From sequence record LR745206.1: a stretch of DNA of 64,000 nt; one strand, given 5' to 3'. Position numbers and translations under genes: made by a program. The notes below the pieces were generated by a model. It made no database searches. It was given only the letters and a program-made list of their open reading frames with translations, and had not been told where the DNA came from. Below are positions 1 to 11,000 of the stretch, one piece after another; position 1 is the first letter of the stretch, and each line of letters opens with the position of its first letter.

Positions 1-124
1 GACAGGCATGTTCACCATCTTTAATCTTATTAATACTATCTAATGATTTGACATAATTCGGCCAATTTTTACTATGTTGGTCGTTTTTAGTCCATGGACA
101 TTCACTACAAGGCTTTCTACACAT
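1..124 (-). CDS. Cys-rich hypothetical protein, partial (runs off window)
   Basis: Hand-translated: MCRKPCSECPW...EHAC; not in ORF track. Confidence 0.6.
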   Translation of the reverse strand, partial: MCRKPCSECPWTKNDQHSKNWPNYVKSLDSINKIKDGEHAC

Positions 125-266
125 GAGTTTGGTTACTTTTTATACAAAAATAGTCAAAATAATTGTATTTTCTAAACTTTTTTCTAAACTTTTTAAAACA
201 TAAGCCAGGCTTATGTATGTAAGAAACATACGTTAAAAGACGTAATAAAAAAAATACATAGACGGC

Positions 267-539
267 ATGAATAAAGCAGAACTAGTTAGCTCAATTTCTG
301 AAAAAACAGGTCTTACGAAAACTAAATCAAATGAAGTGATTGATGCTCTTTTATCTTCGATTAAAGAGTCACTAAGTGATGGCGAAAAGGTTACTTTGGT
401 TGGTTTCGGTACATTTACAACATCTAAAAGAGATGCACGTAAAGGTAGAAATCCTAAGACTGGCGAATCTATTGACATCCCCGCTAAAACGGTAGCCCGT
501 TTCAAAGCTGGTTCGGACTTGTCAAAGAGTGTTAATTAA
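267..539 (+). CDS. hup: HU family histone-like DNA-binding protein
   Basis: MNKAEL...VTLVGFGTF...RKGRNPKTGESIDIPA signature. Confidence 0.96.
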   Translation: MNKAELVSSISEKTGLTKTKSNEVIDALLSSIKESLSDGEKVTLVGFGTFTTSKRDARKGRNPKTGESIDIPAKTVARFKAGSDLSKSVN

Positions 540-558
540 TTTTAACAGACAGAAATTT

Positions 559-591
559 AAAAACCCACTAATATAATTAGTGGGTTTTTTT
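559..591. terminator. Bidirectional intrinsic terminator
   Basis: aaaaacccacta-atataat-tagtgggttttt between convergent genes. Confidence 0.9.
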
Positions 592-759
592 ATTATAATC
601 CCAGGGACAATTCAGACACCCAGATTTACAACATGATGGTCTAACCATTAGTAAATATTCTTTAGTGAATACTCTTAGATTAACACCATTTATCTCCTTC
701 CAATAAAAATCAACTCCTTCTATTAAATCACTAGCTTTTAGTCTTTTGTTATCACACAT
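577..759 (-). CDS. Small Cys-rich protein (DUF5522-like)
   Basis: CCKSGCLNCPW motif. Confidence 0.6.
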   Translation of the reverse strand: MCDNKRLKASDLIEGVDFYWKEINGVNLRVFTKEYLLMVRPSCCKSGCLNCPWDYNKKTH

Positions 760-770
760 AAAACTATATA

Positions 771-1781
771 TTAAAAAATATCATATAAGTTATCTTTCCA
801 CTCTGGTACAAAATCTAATACTTCTTCATCCAATATCCTATCTATCTTTAAATCTCGATTCGTAGCAACTCCAGGCTTAACCTCCAACCAACCCCTGCTG
901 TTCAATTTACCAATTCTGTGAATTATTCTATTATATGAATACATTTTTGCAGTATTATTAACTATAAAGATATTATTCTTACAATGAGATACAGCATTTT
1001 CATAATTTTCATATAGTTTATGACCATCATAAGATAGACCACAGCAACTAATATCAACATTTCTGATTAAATCAATGAATGATTTTTTATATATCTCTTC
1101 TTTTAAATCTGATTTTATATGACCGATTGCTGGTCTTATTAATTGAACTATCTTATCTCCCTTAACCCAACTATGTGGTTCATTTATGACTTTTATATCA
1201 TTATAAATACTAGATAAGTCTTTTGGTGTTAGTGATTCGATATATTTGTATTCGTTTTGTGATAGTATATTTTCCACATAATCAATTGATCCAGAACCTA
1301 ATATGATATCCACATCATGTATTTCTCTATCTGAAATAGCATCTCTTACAGCACCTCCAAATATCCTAACGAGTGAGTTTATCGGAAATAATTCATCAGA
1401 ATTAAACCCAAGGTATTTATTAATTTCTTTTCTAACCTTATCACCAAGAGTTACACCAAGACTTCTTATCTTTTGATTTCTACTCTCTGATACATAATCA
1501 TCTATTGTTATGCTTATTGATTTTGATATTTCCTCAACCTTACCAGGCACAAATGATGATTTAATTTTCATATTATACACAACCCATATACTAGGATCAG
1601 AAAATTCACCATCTATTAATTCTTTACTAGGTTTGTATTTAATAGTGATTATATCAAATGGTATTAGTTTGGAGCAAAAGATCCGTCTATTAAATTCTGG
1701 AGCAGTTACGGACTCTATATATTTATGCACTATTCTTTTTATAACATCAGGATCTATTGATGAGTCTTCTAATTTTAACAT
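771..1781 (-). CDS. Nucleotidyltransferase (CCA-adding/poly(A) polymerase head-like) with N-terminal extension
   Basis: FGGAVRD...DVDI motif; RxxKIxxL tags internally and near C-terminus. Confidence 0.75.
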   Translation of the reverse strand: MLKLEDSSIDPDVIKRIVHKYIESVTAPEFNRRIFCSKLIPFDIITIKYKPSKELIDGEFSDPSIWVVYNMKIKSSFVPGKVEEISKSISITIDDYVSESRNQKIRSLGVTLGDKVRKEINKYLGFNSDELFPINSLVRIFGGAVRDAISDREIHDVDIILGSGSIDYVENILSQNEYKYIESLTPKDLSSIYNDIKVINEPHSWVKGDKIVQLIRPAIGHIKSDLKEEIYKKSFIDLIRNVDISCCGLSYDGHKLYENYENAVSHCKNNIFIVNNTAKMYSYNRIIHRIGKLNSRGWLEVKPGVATNRDLKIDRILDEEVLDFVPEWKDNLYDIF

Positions 1782-2022
1782 TTCTAATTTCTATTTTAAA
1801 GTGGTGTTCTATACTACCAGGGATTTTCCTATAAAGTATTTTTAATAGTTCATCATCTGATAGAGATTTTCTATCTACTTTATAGTTTATGGTTCTCTTT
1901 TTCCTTTTAGTTAGAATATTTATATGTAAAGTGTCATTAGTTAGTTTATAACTTATGATTTCTTTCGATTCTACTTTACGATTTAGAATTTCTTTTATCT
2001 TGGTTTTACTAAAAAGGTTCAT
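1747..2022 (-). CDS. Hypothetical protein, C-terminal tag class
   Basis: Ends RNVKIRRLINRS. Confidence 0.7.
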   Translation of the reverse strand: MNLFSKTKIKEILNRKVESKEIISYKLTNDTLHINILTKRKKRTINYKVDRKSLSDDELLKILYRKIPGSIEHHFKIEIRNVKIRRLINRS

Positions 2023-2108
2023 TTCACAAAAATAGTTATTTTTTTCCTCATAGAAAAGTTTTTGACTAAATAGTTTTAATATATATGTTATTAAATAATA
2101 TAAATAAT

Positions 2109-3779
2109 ATGAGATGGATCAAAAATAGAGACAAGTTTATTAGCGAAGCTAAGATTCGTGATGTTATATTCCCAAGACAGGCAAAGGAAATTAGTAGAAA
2201 TTGGGGAGAGAAATATCTTGATTATGAAGAGGTTGTACCAACTAATAAAATCAAACAAGGTAAGTGGAAATTATCAGAAGAAGATAAACTAAATGTTCTT
2301 GGTAAATTCTTTGATTGTGATATGGGTAGAGTTTATGAAATATTTACCAATTTACCAGACAAATTAGCTGATATTCTATTTAAGTCAATTGATACTAGTT
2401 TACTTGGTAGAAATAAGGAAAAATATGAAATAATATTAAAAGATTTTAATGTTAAATCACCAACAGTAGATCAAATTGTTGTGCTATATGATAACATCTT
2501 TAGAAAATTGTCAGTAAATGATACTAAAGGAACGGAGATGTTACAGAGAGATGAGAATGGTAGACCTATTCGTGACGGAGAAGGTAATATGATTAAGATA
2601 TCTAAAGAGGAAGGAGATCCTATTTTTTCAAGTAATTTAGTTAATATTAACTCATTTATATCAGATTATAACAATTGTTATCCAGATGCTTCTGTTACAA
2701 GAGGAGTATTTGATAGTAGAGATATATCAAATTTAAGAAACTTAGCAAAGGAAAATCATAATAGTGATTATAAAGTAGATTTTGAAATATTTAACAGAGA
2801 TGTTTATTTACAGATAAATCACAACCCAAAAGATATATTAAATATATCTATATCACAATTCTTTTCATCTTGTCAACATCTATATAGTGGTAGTTATAGA
2901 AATCAATTATTAGGAAATGTTTTTGACCCTAATAGTATTCCAGCATTTTTATTATTTGAAACTCCTATTACTTGGGGCGAAGAAAAAATATCAGAATTTT
3001 TACCACTTTCTAGAATGTTTATTAGAAATATAGAGTCATTTGATGATTCATCAACTACTAAAATATTCTTTGATAGAGCTTACCCAGATAGAATGAAAGA
3101 TGTTTTTGGTGAAATGGTGGAAAAATATAGTGATAATAAAGAAATGGATGAAAGTCCATCATATTACTATTATACACCTGATGTTGAACTTGATGATACT
3201 AAGATTAGAGATCCTTATATGGATAGACTAAATCTTAGAAAAATGCCTTATATAGGTGTTAATACTAAGTCACTTTATCTGAGTAGAAATTATGATTGGA
3301 GTAATGTTAAAGTATCACCTAATGCTAAGATTAAAGAATTAGTTATCGAAACAACTGATATACCAGAAAACCTGCTAAAAATTAAAATAGAATTGGAATG
3401 GGTTAAATTTAGATATTTGAAAATAAATACATTAAAGAATTTTGAAAATGTTAAAGCAGACGCAATTGCTTTTGATAAATGTAAATTGGATAATAAGATT
3501 TTAGAAGATATTAATACCATTAATAATAATATAAAGAAATTACAAATTGTTAGTTGTGATATCAGTAATTTTGATGTTTCTATGTTTGCTAATTTGGAAG
3601 AATTACAAATGATATACACATTAGATTCAATAGAAGATTTAGAAAATGTATTGAAAAATACAAAATTAGAAAAATTAGTAATATCAGGTGATTTGATTAA
3701 AAACAAAGACTCAAAAGCTTTTGTTAACTCATTGAAATCTAAGATGAAAGTGGAAATTGTAGGCCCCGTAGTAATATGA
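2109..3779 (+). CDS. Hypothetical protein with LRR-like C-terminus; CTS-like leader variant
   Basis: Likely start MRWIKNRDKFISE at 2109; TAATATATA at 2077-2085. Confidence 0.75.
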   Translation: MRWIKNRDKFISEAKIRDVIFPRQAKEISRNWGEKYLDYEEVVPTNKIKQGKWKLSEEDKLNVLGKFFDCDMGRVYEIFTNLPDKLADILFKSIDTSLLGRNKEKYEIILKDFNVKSPTVDQIVVLYDNIFRKLSVNDTKGTEMLQRDENGRPIRDGEGNMIKISKEEGDPIFSSNLVNINSFISDYNNCYPDASVTRGVFDSRDISNLRNLAKENHNSDYKVDFEIFNRDVYLQINHNPKDILNISISQFFSSCQHLYSGSYRNQLLGNVFDPNSIPAFLLFETPITWGEEKISEFLPLSRMFIRNIESFDDSSTTKIFFDRAYPDRMKDVFGEMVEKYSDNKEMDESPSYYYYTPDVELDDTKIRDPYMDRLNLRKMPYIGVNTKSLYLSRNYDWSNVKVSPNAKIKELVIETTDIPENLLKIKIELEWVKFRYLKINTLKNFENVKADAIAFDKCKLDNKILEDINTINNNIKKLQIVSCDISNFDVSMFANLEELQMIYTLDSIEDLENVLKNTKLEKLVISGDLIKNKDSKAFVNSLKSKMKVEIVGPVVI

Positions 3780-5407
3780 AAGATTTAAAACACATAAAGT
3801 TATTCGAAGCATTCGAATCATCAATTTTACCGAAAACACTTGGTTATATAAATCCATCAAGTAGAAGTACTTTTATGCAATATATCAAGAAGATATGTAA
3901 TGTTATTGATTTCCCAATCTCTGAATTATCTGATGATTATCTTGAATATTTACCATTCAGTGCAGCTCTAAAAAAAGCTGATATAATAACAGATGAACCT
4001 TGTGATGCTACAAGTGGTCAAGCTTTCCCTGAATATGAAGTTAAAGGTGAGGTTTGTAATAAAGGATCATTGAAAAGAAAATGGGGAACTAGAGTTAGAT
4101 CAGTAACTTGTCCTGTTTGTGGTGGTACTGGTGTTAAACCAAAAGTTGGAGAACCTAAATTAATAAAATTTTGGTTTACTAGTGAAGGTGATTATGTTGA
4201 TACTACTTGTGTTGATGGTGTTATAAGACCTTCTGGTAGAGAAGGTACTACTGTTAATAGGTTATCAGAAAAAGACTCTGATTATGTTGTTGTTAAAACA
4301 CTAAATCATAACGAGGTAAGAAGATTACAAACCGGTAGTTTTGTCAAGATAACACTTGGTGATAGAAATGATACAACATATGCTTATATCTTAAATAGAG
4401 GTGGAAATGTATTCGCTATACAAAATGTAGCTGAAGGTAGTGGACCATCTCGTTATAATGGTATAGCTAGATATAGTTGGTCAATAGGTAATGGTGAGTA
4501 TAGAAATGCTATATTAGTTAATAGAGTAACTGAGGAAGATAAAACAAGTGTTCCAGATCCATATGATTGGAATACTGGATTTCAGTTTGGTCATAGAGGT
4601 ATGGTAGCTAGATCAACAAATATTGAACCAAATATAAAAAGAGCACACTTTGCTATTGTTATGGATTTTTCCAAATTGAAAAAATCTGAATATAATAAAG
4701 CGAAAGATATAAAAACTAATAGAGTAGAAGCAAAAGAAGGAACTTTAGCATTTATGTCTGATGAATCTATCAGAAAAGCAAATGTTAATCGATATATTAC
4801 TAAAATAGCTGCTGGTTTAGATGTGAGTGATATTACTAATCTAAATAAAATAGTTAAAAGAATATTAGGGGTTAACTCAACTATCTTTAATATAAGAAGT
4901 GGTTATGCAAAGGATTATATATCTAACATAATTGGTTCATATATTGAGATATTTAAAGCTTCTGATGATAGAAAAAATCTTTATATTGAAGAGTTAAACT
5001 CTAATATAAAGGAGTATTTTAAAACTATGAGTGCTAGAAACTCAAATATAAACACAAATGTCTTAGAAATTAAGAAGAAATTATCAAGTAGTGGTAAAAA
5101 AGATGAATTAAAAATAATCAATTTATTAGAAGAACTGAATAAATCATCATATGATATATTAACTGGTATTAACATTGAAACAATAGAAGATCTAGAAGTT
5201 ATTTATCAAAAGTTATTAGCAATTAAAAATATAATAACAGTACGTAGATATGGTCTTGATAGACTTAGTAATGTTATGGATTATATGAATAGAAATGATG
5301 AACGTAATTCTTATCAATATTTAACTGATCATTATTATGTTGGTGATTATAAAGAAGCAATAATATCGGGATTGGAAACAGCTAATAAAATAGTTAAAAA
5401 ATTATAA
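3776..5407 (+). CDS. CTS-like leader protein with CxxCxGxG zinc-finger element
   Basis: MKDLKHIKLFEAFES; CPVCGGTG; paralogous segments with 52346..53014. Confidence 0.75.
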   Translation: MKDLKHIKLFEAFESSILPKTLGYINPSSRSTFMQYIKKICNVIDFPISELSDDYLEYLPFSAALKKADIITDEPCDATSGQAFPEYEVKGEVCNKGSLKRKWGTRVRSVTCPVCGGTGVKPKVGEPKLIKFWFTSEGDYVDTTCVDGVIRPSGREGTTVNRLSEKDSDYVVVKTLNHNEVRRLQTGSFVKITLGDRNDTTYAYILNRGGNVFAIQNVAEGSGPSRYNGIARYSWSIGNGEYRNAILVNRVTEEDKTSVPDPYDWNTGFQFGHRGMVARSTNIEPNIKRAHFAIVMDFSKLKKSEYNKAKDIKTNRVEAKEGTLAFMSDESIRKANVNRYITKIAAGLDVSDITNLNKIVKRILGVNSTIFNIRSGYAKDYISNIIGSYIEIFKASDDRKNLYIEELNSNIKEYFKTMSARNSNINTNVLEIKKKLSSSGKKDELKIINLLEELNKSSYDILTGINIETIEDLEVIYQKLLAIKNIITVRRYGLDRLSNVMDYMNRNDERNSYQYLTDHYYVGDYKEAIISGLETANKIVKKL

Positions 5408-5413
5408 TAGATT

Positions 5414-5893
5414 ATGAATTATAGAGATAACACACCAACTTATAATGTAAATAGACGAGTAGTTAACTTCGGTGACTATTGTAATGACTTTGAGAAGGAA
5501 AAAGAAGACTTAAAAAAAGTTAAGAGATCAATCACACCTAACAGCGATGAGAGACAAAAGTTTCCAAAAAACTCTAGATATAAATTTAACACAATTACTA
5601 GAAAGATGGATGATTTAACACCAGATATCATTGATGATAAATTAAAATCTATGGAGGAAGTGGATGAGTCTAAAATAAATGAATCATCTATCGATTTTGA
5701 TGTTTTACATAAGATTACACAATTACCAGGATTCAGTAAATTAAAAGAAGATTTCAGAAAGTGTATTGATGAGTTTAATACTGAGTTAAATTCTGCTGCT
5801 AGTGAAATTGGTTATGATGAGGGTGATAGTGATCACAGCTTAGCTTATAATGCTGCAATACAAGAAGCAATAGATGAAATAGTTGGGTGGTAA
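5414..5893 (+). CDS. Hypothetical protein
   Basis: ORF in operon. Confidence 0.7.
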   Translation: MNYRDNTPTYNVNRRVVNFGDYCNDFEKEKEDLKKVKRSITPNSDERQKFPKNSRYKFNTITRKMDDLTPDIIDDKLKSMEEVDESKINESSIDFDVLHKITQLPGFSKLKEDFRKCIDEFNTELNSAASEIGYDEGDSDHSLAYNAAIQEAIDEIVGW

Positions 5894-6444
5894 TGAAGCA
5901 CTTAAAAGCATTTGAAGAATATGAATTCCCAAAGAATAAGTGGGAAATTGTTTCATCTAATCCTGTTAAAAAGATAGAAGGTAAAACACTAATAGAATTG
6001 GTTGATACTGCATATAAATCAACACCACTTGGATCTTTTGTTAAAACAATACAAGACGTAGTTAAAAGTGATTGGTTAGTCATCGATTATAATGAAGAAT
6101 CTGGTGTTGATGCTTGTATATTTTACAGAGAGCCTAGAACTAATGAAAATTGGATAGGCAAAAAGATACAAGGTATTGGACATGATGGTGTAAAAGATTC
6201 TAAGAAATTGATTATACAAAAAATGATTGATATTCTAAATAAAGATGGATTTTGGATAGAAGCATCAGATAAGATGGAAGAGGTTCTAGAGAAAAGTTGT
6301 GATAGAGTTACTGATGTTAATATATTAAAAAAGTTATTCCCAGAATCTAAATTTAGAATCTTAGAAAATGGTCAATATGAGAGAACAATAGAAAGTGGTG
6401 AATTTGTTAAAGAATCCGTATTTGGAAAACCAAAATTAAAATAA
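5893..6444 (+). CDS. CTS-like leader protein
   Basis: MKHLKAFEEYE. Confidence 0.75.
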   Translation: MKHLKAFEEYEFPKNKWEIVSSNPVKKIEGKTLIELVDTAYKSTPLGSFVKTIQDVVKSDWLVIDYNEESGVDACIFYREPRTNENWIGKKIQGIGHDGVKDSKKLIIQKMIDILNKDGFWIEASDKMEEVLEKSCDRVTDVNILKKLFPESKFRILENGQYERTIESGEFVKESVFGKPKLK

Positions 6445-6462
6445 TTTTAGTATATTTATATT

Positions 6463-6954
6463 ATGAAAGTTTTATATATTCACGGATATCAAGCAAGTCC
6501 ATCAAAACAAAAGGTGGATATTCTAAGTAAATATTTTGATAGTGTAACCGCACCACTTATTGATTGGGATGATGAAGAAGATAGAAAACATTTATTTTCG
6601 GATCTTATTAAGATAATCAAAAGAAAAGGAATAACTCATATAATAGGTAGTTCAATGGGTGGTCAAATGGCTTTCTATTTAATAACATATCTAAACAAGA
6701 CCGGATTATGTTTCAATCCGTCTTTTAATGGTCGATACAAAGATTATAACTTCGAAGTTAACAGATACTTCAATAAGAAAGTTTTGATTGATCTGGGTAA
6801 ACATGACAATGTTGTATCACCACAAAAAACCATTAAATTTTTACAAGAATCTGAATTCAGTAAAAGTAATATAGTTATAAACTATATAGATAGCGGACAC
6901 ACAATAAACCTTAAAATCTTTGAGGATTCAATTCAAAAACTAATTAACTTATAA
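6463..6954 (+). CDS. YqiA/YcfP-like alpha/beta hydrolase (esterase)
   Basis: LYIHGY...IIGSSMGG...NP...D...H triad pattern. Confidence 0.85.
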   Translation: MKVLYIHGYQASPSKQKVDILSKYFDSVTAPLIDWDDEEDRKHLFSDLIKIIKRKGITHIIGSSMGGQMAFYLITYLNKTGLCFNPSFNGRYKDYNFEVNRYFNKKVLIDLGKHDNVVSPQKTIKFLQESEFSKSNIVINYIDSGHTINLKIFEDSIQKLINL

Positions 6955-6985
6955 CTTATTCACTTCATAACTTAATATATAAGAT

Positions 6986-7510
6986 ATGAAGTATTTAAAG
7001 AAATACAAAGCTTTTGAGTTAAAGTCTTCGACTTACCTATCTGCTGCTGATAAATTATCTAAAAATCATCCAGAAAGATCTAAAAAATTGAGACAATGGG
7101 TTGATAACTCTGGTGATGTTGATATTAACTATCTTGATCCAAGACCATTATACTCAAAGGATAATGTTTATTACATAACAAAGGTTTATGTTCAACCAGA
7201 TGATACGTTTGGTGGTCTTGGTAATAATATAGAAGTAACATTAGAGTCTGCTAGTGATATTTACACACTCTGGATATATAATTGGTTATCGGATGGTCAA
7301 CATCTTACATCAGTAACTAATACAATAGAAACTTATGGTACTCCTTGGGCATCACCAGGATATACAAGAAAAGATGATCAACCTATTATGTCTTTTCCAG
7401 ATAAATTCTATCTAGATGATAGAAAATCAGCTAGAATATTTATGGAAATAGTTGAAAAGGAAGCTGGTGAAAAGTTATTATTCTCACTTAATGATATTTA
7501 TAAAAGCTAA
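6986..7510 (+). CDS. CTS-like leader protein
   Basis: MKYLKKYKAFE; TAATATATA at 6973-6981. Confidence 0.75.
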   Translation: MKYLKKYKAFELKSSTYLSAADKLSKNHPERSKKLRQWVDNSGDVDINYLDPRPLYSKDNVYYITKVYVQPDDTFGGLGNNIEVTLESASDIYTLWIYNWLSDGQHLTSVTNTIETYGTPWASPGYTRKDDQPIMSFPDKFYLDDRKSARIFMEIVEKEAGEKLLFSLNDIYKS

Positions 7511-7998
7511 TGAAATACTTAAAAACATTTGAATCAATTGATGAACTAAGAAGGGAATCTAAGATAAAATCATATATCAGTGAAATAATGCAACCATTAA
7601 AGGATGATGGTTGGGTTACTAAAATAGAAACCAATTGGAACAAAAAGAATGCCGGGCAAGTAATAAACATAGGAACCGATATTAATAGAGATAAAGATAA
7701 TATTGTGAGATTTGAATATAGGTTTAAAATAGTTCTTGGTAAAAGAGAAATGAATGAAAATGATAATAACAATCTTTTGGATTGTGTTTACCAAATGTTA
7801 TCATTTTTGAATTCGGATAACGAATATGAATTCGCATTAACACTATTCGCTTATGCTGATATTTGGTCAAAAAAAGATGGAACATCAGCAACCACATTAT
7901 TAGATACCCAATTATTTATAAATAATGAGTCTGATATTAATTCAATAGAATTACCAAAGGAATCAGATATATTAGTTTGTGATTTATTTGTTAAATAA
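7510..7998 (+). CDS. CTS-like leader protein
   Basis: MKYLKTFESIDE. Confidence 0.75.
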   Translation: MKYLKTFESIDELRRESKIKSYISEIMQPLKDDGWVTKIETNWNKKNAGQVINIGTDINRDKDNIVRFEYRFKIVLGKREMNENDNNNLLDCVYQMLSFLNSDNEYEFALTLFAYADIWSKKDGTSATTLLDTQLFINNESDINSIELPKESDILVCDLFVK

Positions 7999-8027
7999 AA
8001 AGAGAGTTGATTGTTCAACTCTCTTTT
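7998..8027. terminator. Bidirectional intrinsic terminator
   Basis: aaaagagagttga-ttgt-tcaactctctttt between convergent genes. Confidence 0.9.
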
Positions 8028-8030
8028 CTT

Positions 8031-11000
8031 TTATTTAAGTACTGTTACGTGACCTCTGACTTGTTTTCTAACATTATTGAATGTTGTTACATCTACTGTC
8101 CAGACATAAACATCATTTTTAACAATACTTCCTTTATAAGTACCATCCCAACCAACTTCCGAATTATATGATTCGAATAATATCTCACCCCATCTATCAA
8201 AGATAGTTAAGTGATATTTTTGTGGATCGTGACCAGAAACAATCGGTAAAAACACATTGTTAAATGCGTCACCGTCTGGTGTAAAAGCATTTGGTACGAA
8301 TAGGAAGAACTCTTGATTTATAACTACCATTCCATATGCAGTATCACTACAACCAAAATCATTTATAACTATAAGTTCTATTTGATAATGTCCAGTATCT
8401 TGATAAGAATGTGAATCGTGGAAATTATTTGAGATATCACCATCACCAAATGACCATTGGAATTGATTACCACCAATAGAATTATTAATGAAATTAATAG
8501 TATTATTAGTAATAGTTCCTTCATTAGGATCCCAAGTAAACTGAGCTATTGGTTCAGGATAGACTTGAAAAGCATTTGTTATAGTAGTATCCATTGTACA
8601 ACCATCAAGTGATGTCATTGATAATGTAACACTATAATACCCAGAGTTAAAATAAATATCACTGATTGATCCACAACCTGTATAATTTAATAGTGTTCCA
8701 GGTCCACTTACTATCCAATTACATCCAGTACCAGCAGCATTGTTTGTCATTGTTATATCTAATGGCGAGCAACCATTAGGTGTAAATGTTATATCCATTG
8801 GTGGTACATTATAAATATTAACTGTTGTGGTTATGATTGAATCACAACCGTTAGACGTTAATAAATTACTTATATACACAACATTACTATTGATATTAGT
8901 TTGAGTTGTGCCATCCGGGAATGTAAAGTTTAGACCAGGACATTGGTTATAAGACTCTGTTAGATTATAAACAGGATTTATTGATATATTCTCAGTTACT
9001 AAGCTATCACAACCATCAACCGATGTTAATGTACTTACATAACTTGTTGGTGCTGTAATATTAGTTTGTGAAGAACCATCAGCAAATGTATAATTATCAC
9101 CACTACATATTGTTATATTTGTTGTTGATGTGTATGAAGCGAATACAGAAACATTTGTTGTTATGATTGAATCACAACCAACATTAGTTAATAAATTACT
9201 AACATGAACTGTTGGTGCAACTATACCAGCTTGTACAAATCCATCTGGGTATGTATAAGAAGAACCACTACAAACACTAACATTTTCTACTATATTATAA
9301 ACAGGATCTATTGAGACATTTGTCGTTATGATTGAATCACAACCATTTGTTGTTAATAAATTACTTACTTGTGTTACCGGAACTATAATACCAGATTGTA
9401 TTGATCCATCTGGGAATGTATAATTATCACCACTACAAACACTAACATTCTGAATAACATTATAAATAGGGTTTAATGAAACATTTGTTGTTACTATTGA
9501 ATCACATCCATTTGTTGTTAATAAATTACTTACTTGTGTTACTGGAGCCACAATACCAGATTGTATTGATCCATCTGGGAATGTATAATTATCACCTTCA
9601 CATATAGTAACATTTTGAGTTATGTTATAAACAGGATTAACGGAAATATTTGTTGTTACTATTGAATCACATCCATTTGAAGCCGCTCCGGTAAGTGTAC
9701 TTACTTGTGAAGTTGGTACAATAACATTTGGATTAACACTTCCATCTGGGAATGTGTACGAATCACCACTACAAACAACAGTATTAACCACTGATGTTGG
9801 ATTTGGTAATAGTGAAACATTTGTTGTAACTATTGAATCACAACCAGCAACAGATGCACCAACAAGGGTACTTACTTGTGAAACTGGTCCACTTATAACT
9901 TGTGTTGATCCATCTGGGAATGTAACAGTTGTTCCGTTACAAACAGATATATTCTGAGTAGATGTTACAGATGGTACAATAGAAACATTTGTTGTAATTA
10001 TAGAGTCGCAACCATTTGAAGCAGCACCAACAAGTGTGCTAATTTGTGAAGTTGCTGCTACCACTACCTGACTTGATCCATCTGGAAAAACAACAGTTGT
10101 TCCACTACAAACAGATATGTTTTGTGTAGATGTTGGATTAGGTAGTAAAGTAACATTTGTTGTGATAACTGAATCACAACCATTAAATGCGCCACCAACA
10201 AGTGTACTCACTTGTGTAACTGCACCACCTATAACTTGTGTTGATCCATCTGGGAATGTAACAGTACTACCGTTACAAGCTGATATGTTTTGTGTAGATG
10301 TTGATGGTAATGGTGTATAATCAACATAAACTGAATCAGTTGTACTACATCCACCACCAGTAACAGTAACATAATACCAAGAACTTGTTGTTGGACAAGC
10401 CGTTTGTGTGCTATCATTAATAGGTGTTAAAAAAGGACCTACCCAGTTCCAAACATAAACTGGTGGAGCTGTTCCGCAGTTTGCGGTTGTTGTGAATACA
10501 TTTCCAGTAGCTGGATTTGGACCACCATTGAATATAGGAATAGCAAGTGGATTATATAAAGTATAAGTATTCTCTCCTTCCCAAGAACCGGATGTATAGT
10601 TCAAGGTGAATGTTTGTCCATCTTGAACACAAAAAGTTATTATACTACCACTACCAGCGGCAGAGAATGGTCCTAATGTTGGACCAGCAGTTACATTCAC
10701 TGTTAATGAACCACCATTCCAACCATCACCGAATGAATCCTGCATATCTAATGTATAACAACAAGAATCAGGTGGTATAGATGAAAGACCAGCATCTAAT
10801 TGTGTACAACCACCACAAGTAGTTATTGTTGGTGGGGTAGCTGTAACATTAACAATAGGGAATAAAACATTAACTGTTACACTTGAGTAACAGGTATCAT
10901 TTATACCATTTGTATATAATACATTGTATGTTGTAGTTGATGTTGGACAAACTGTTCCACCTGATGCTGGATTTGGGGATCCTGGTAAATGCGACCAATC

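Noticed and set aside
8815-10310. CRISPR-like or DGR template/variable repeat pair
   Set aside because: Repeats are in-frame protein repeats; differences are not adenine-specific and no reverse transcriptase is present.
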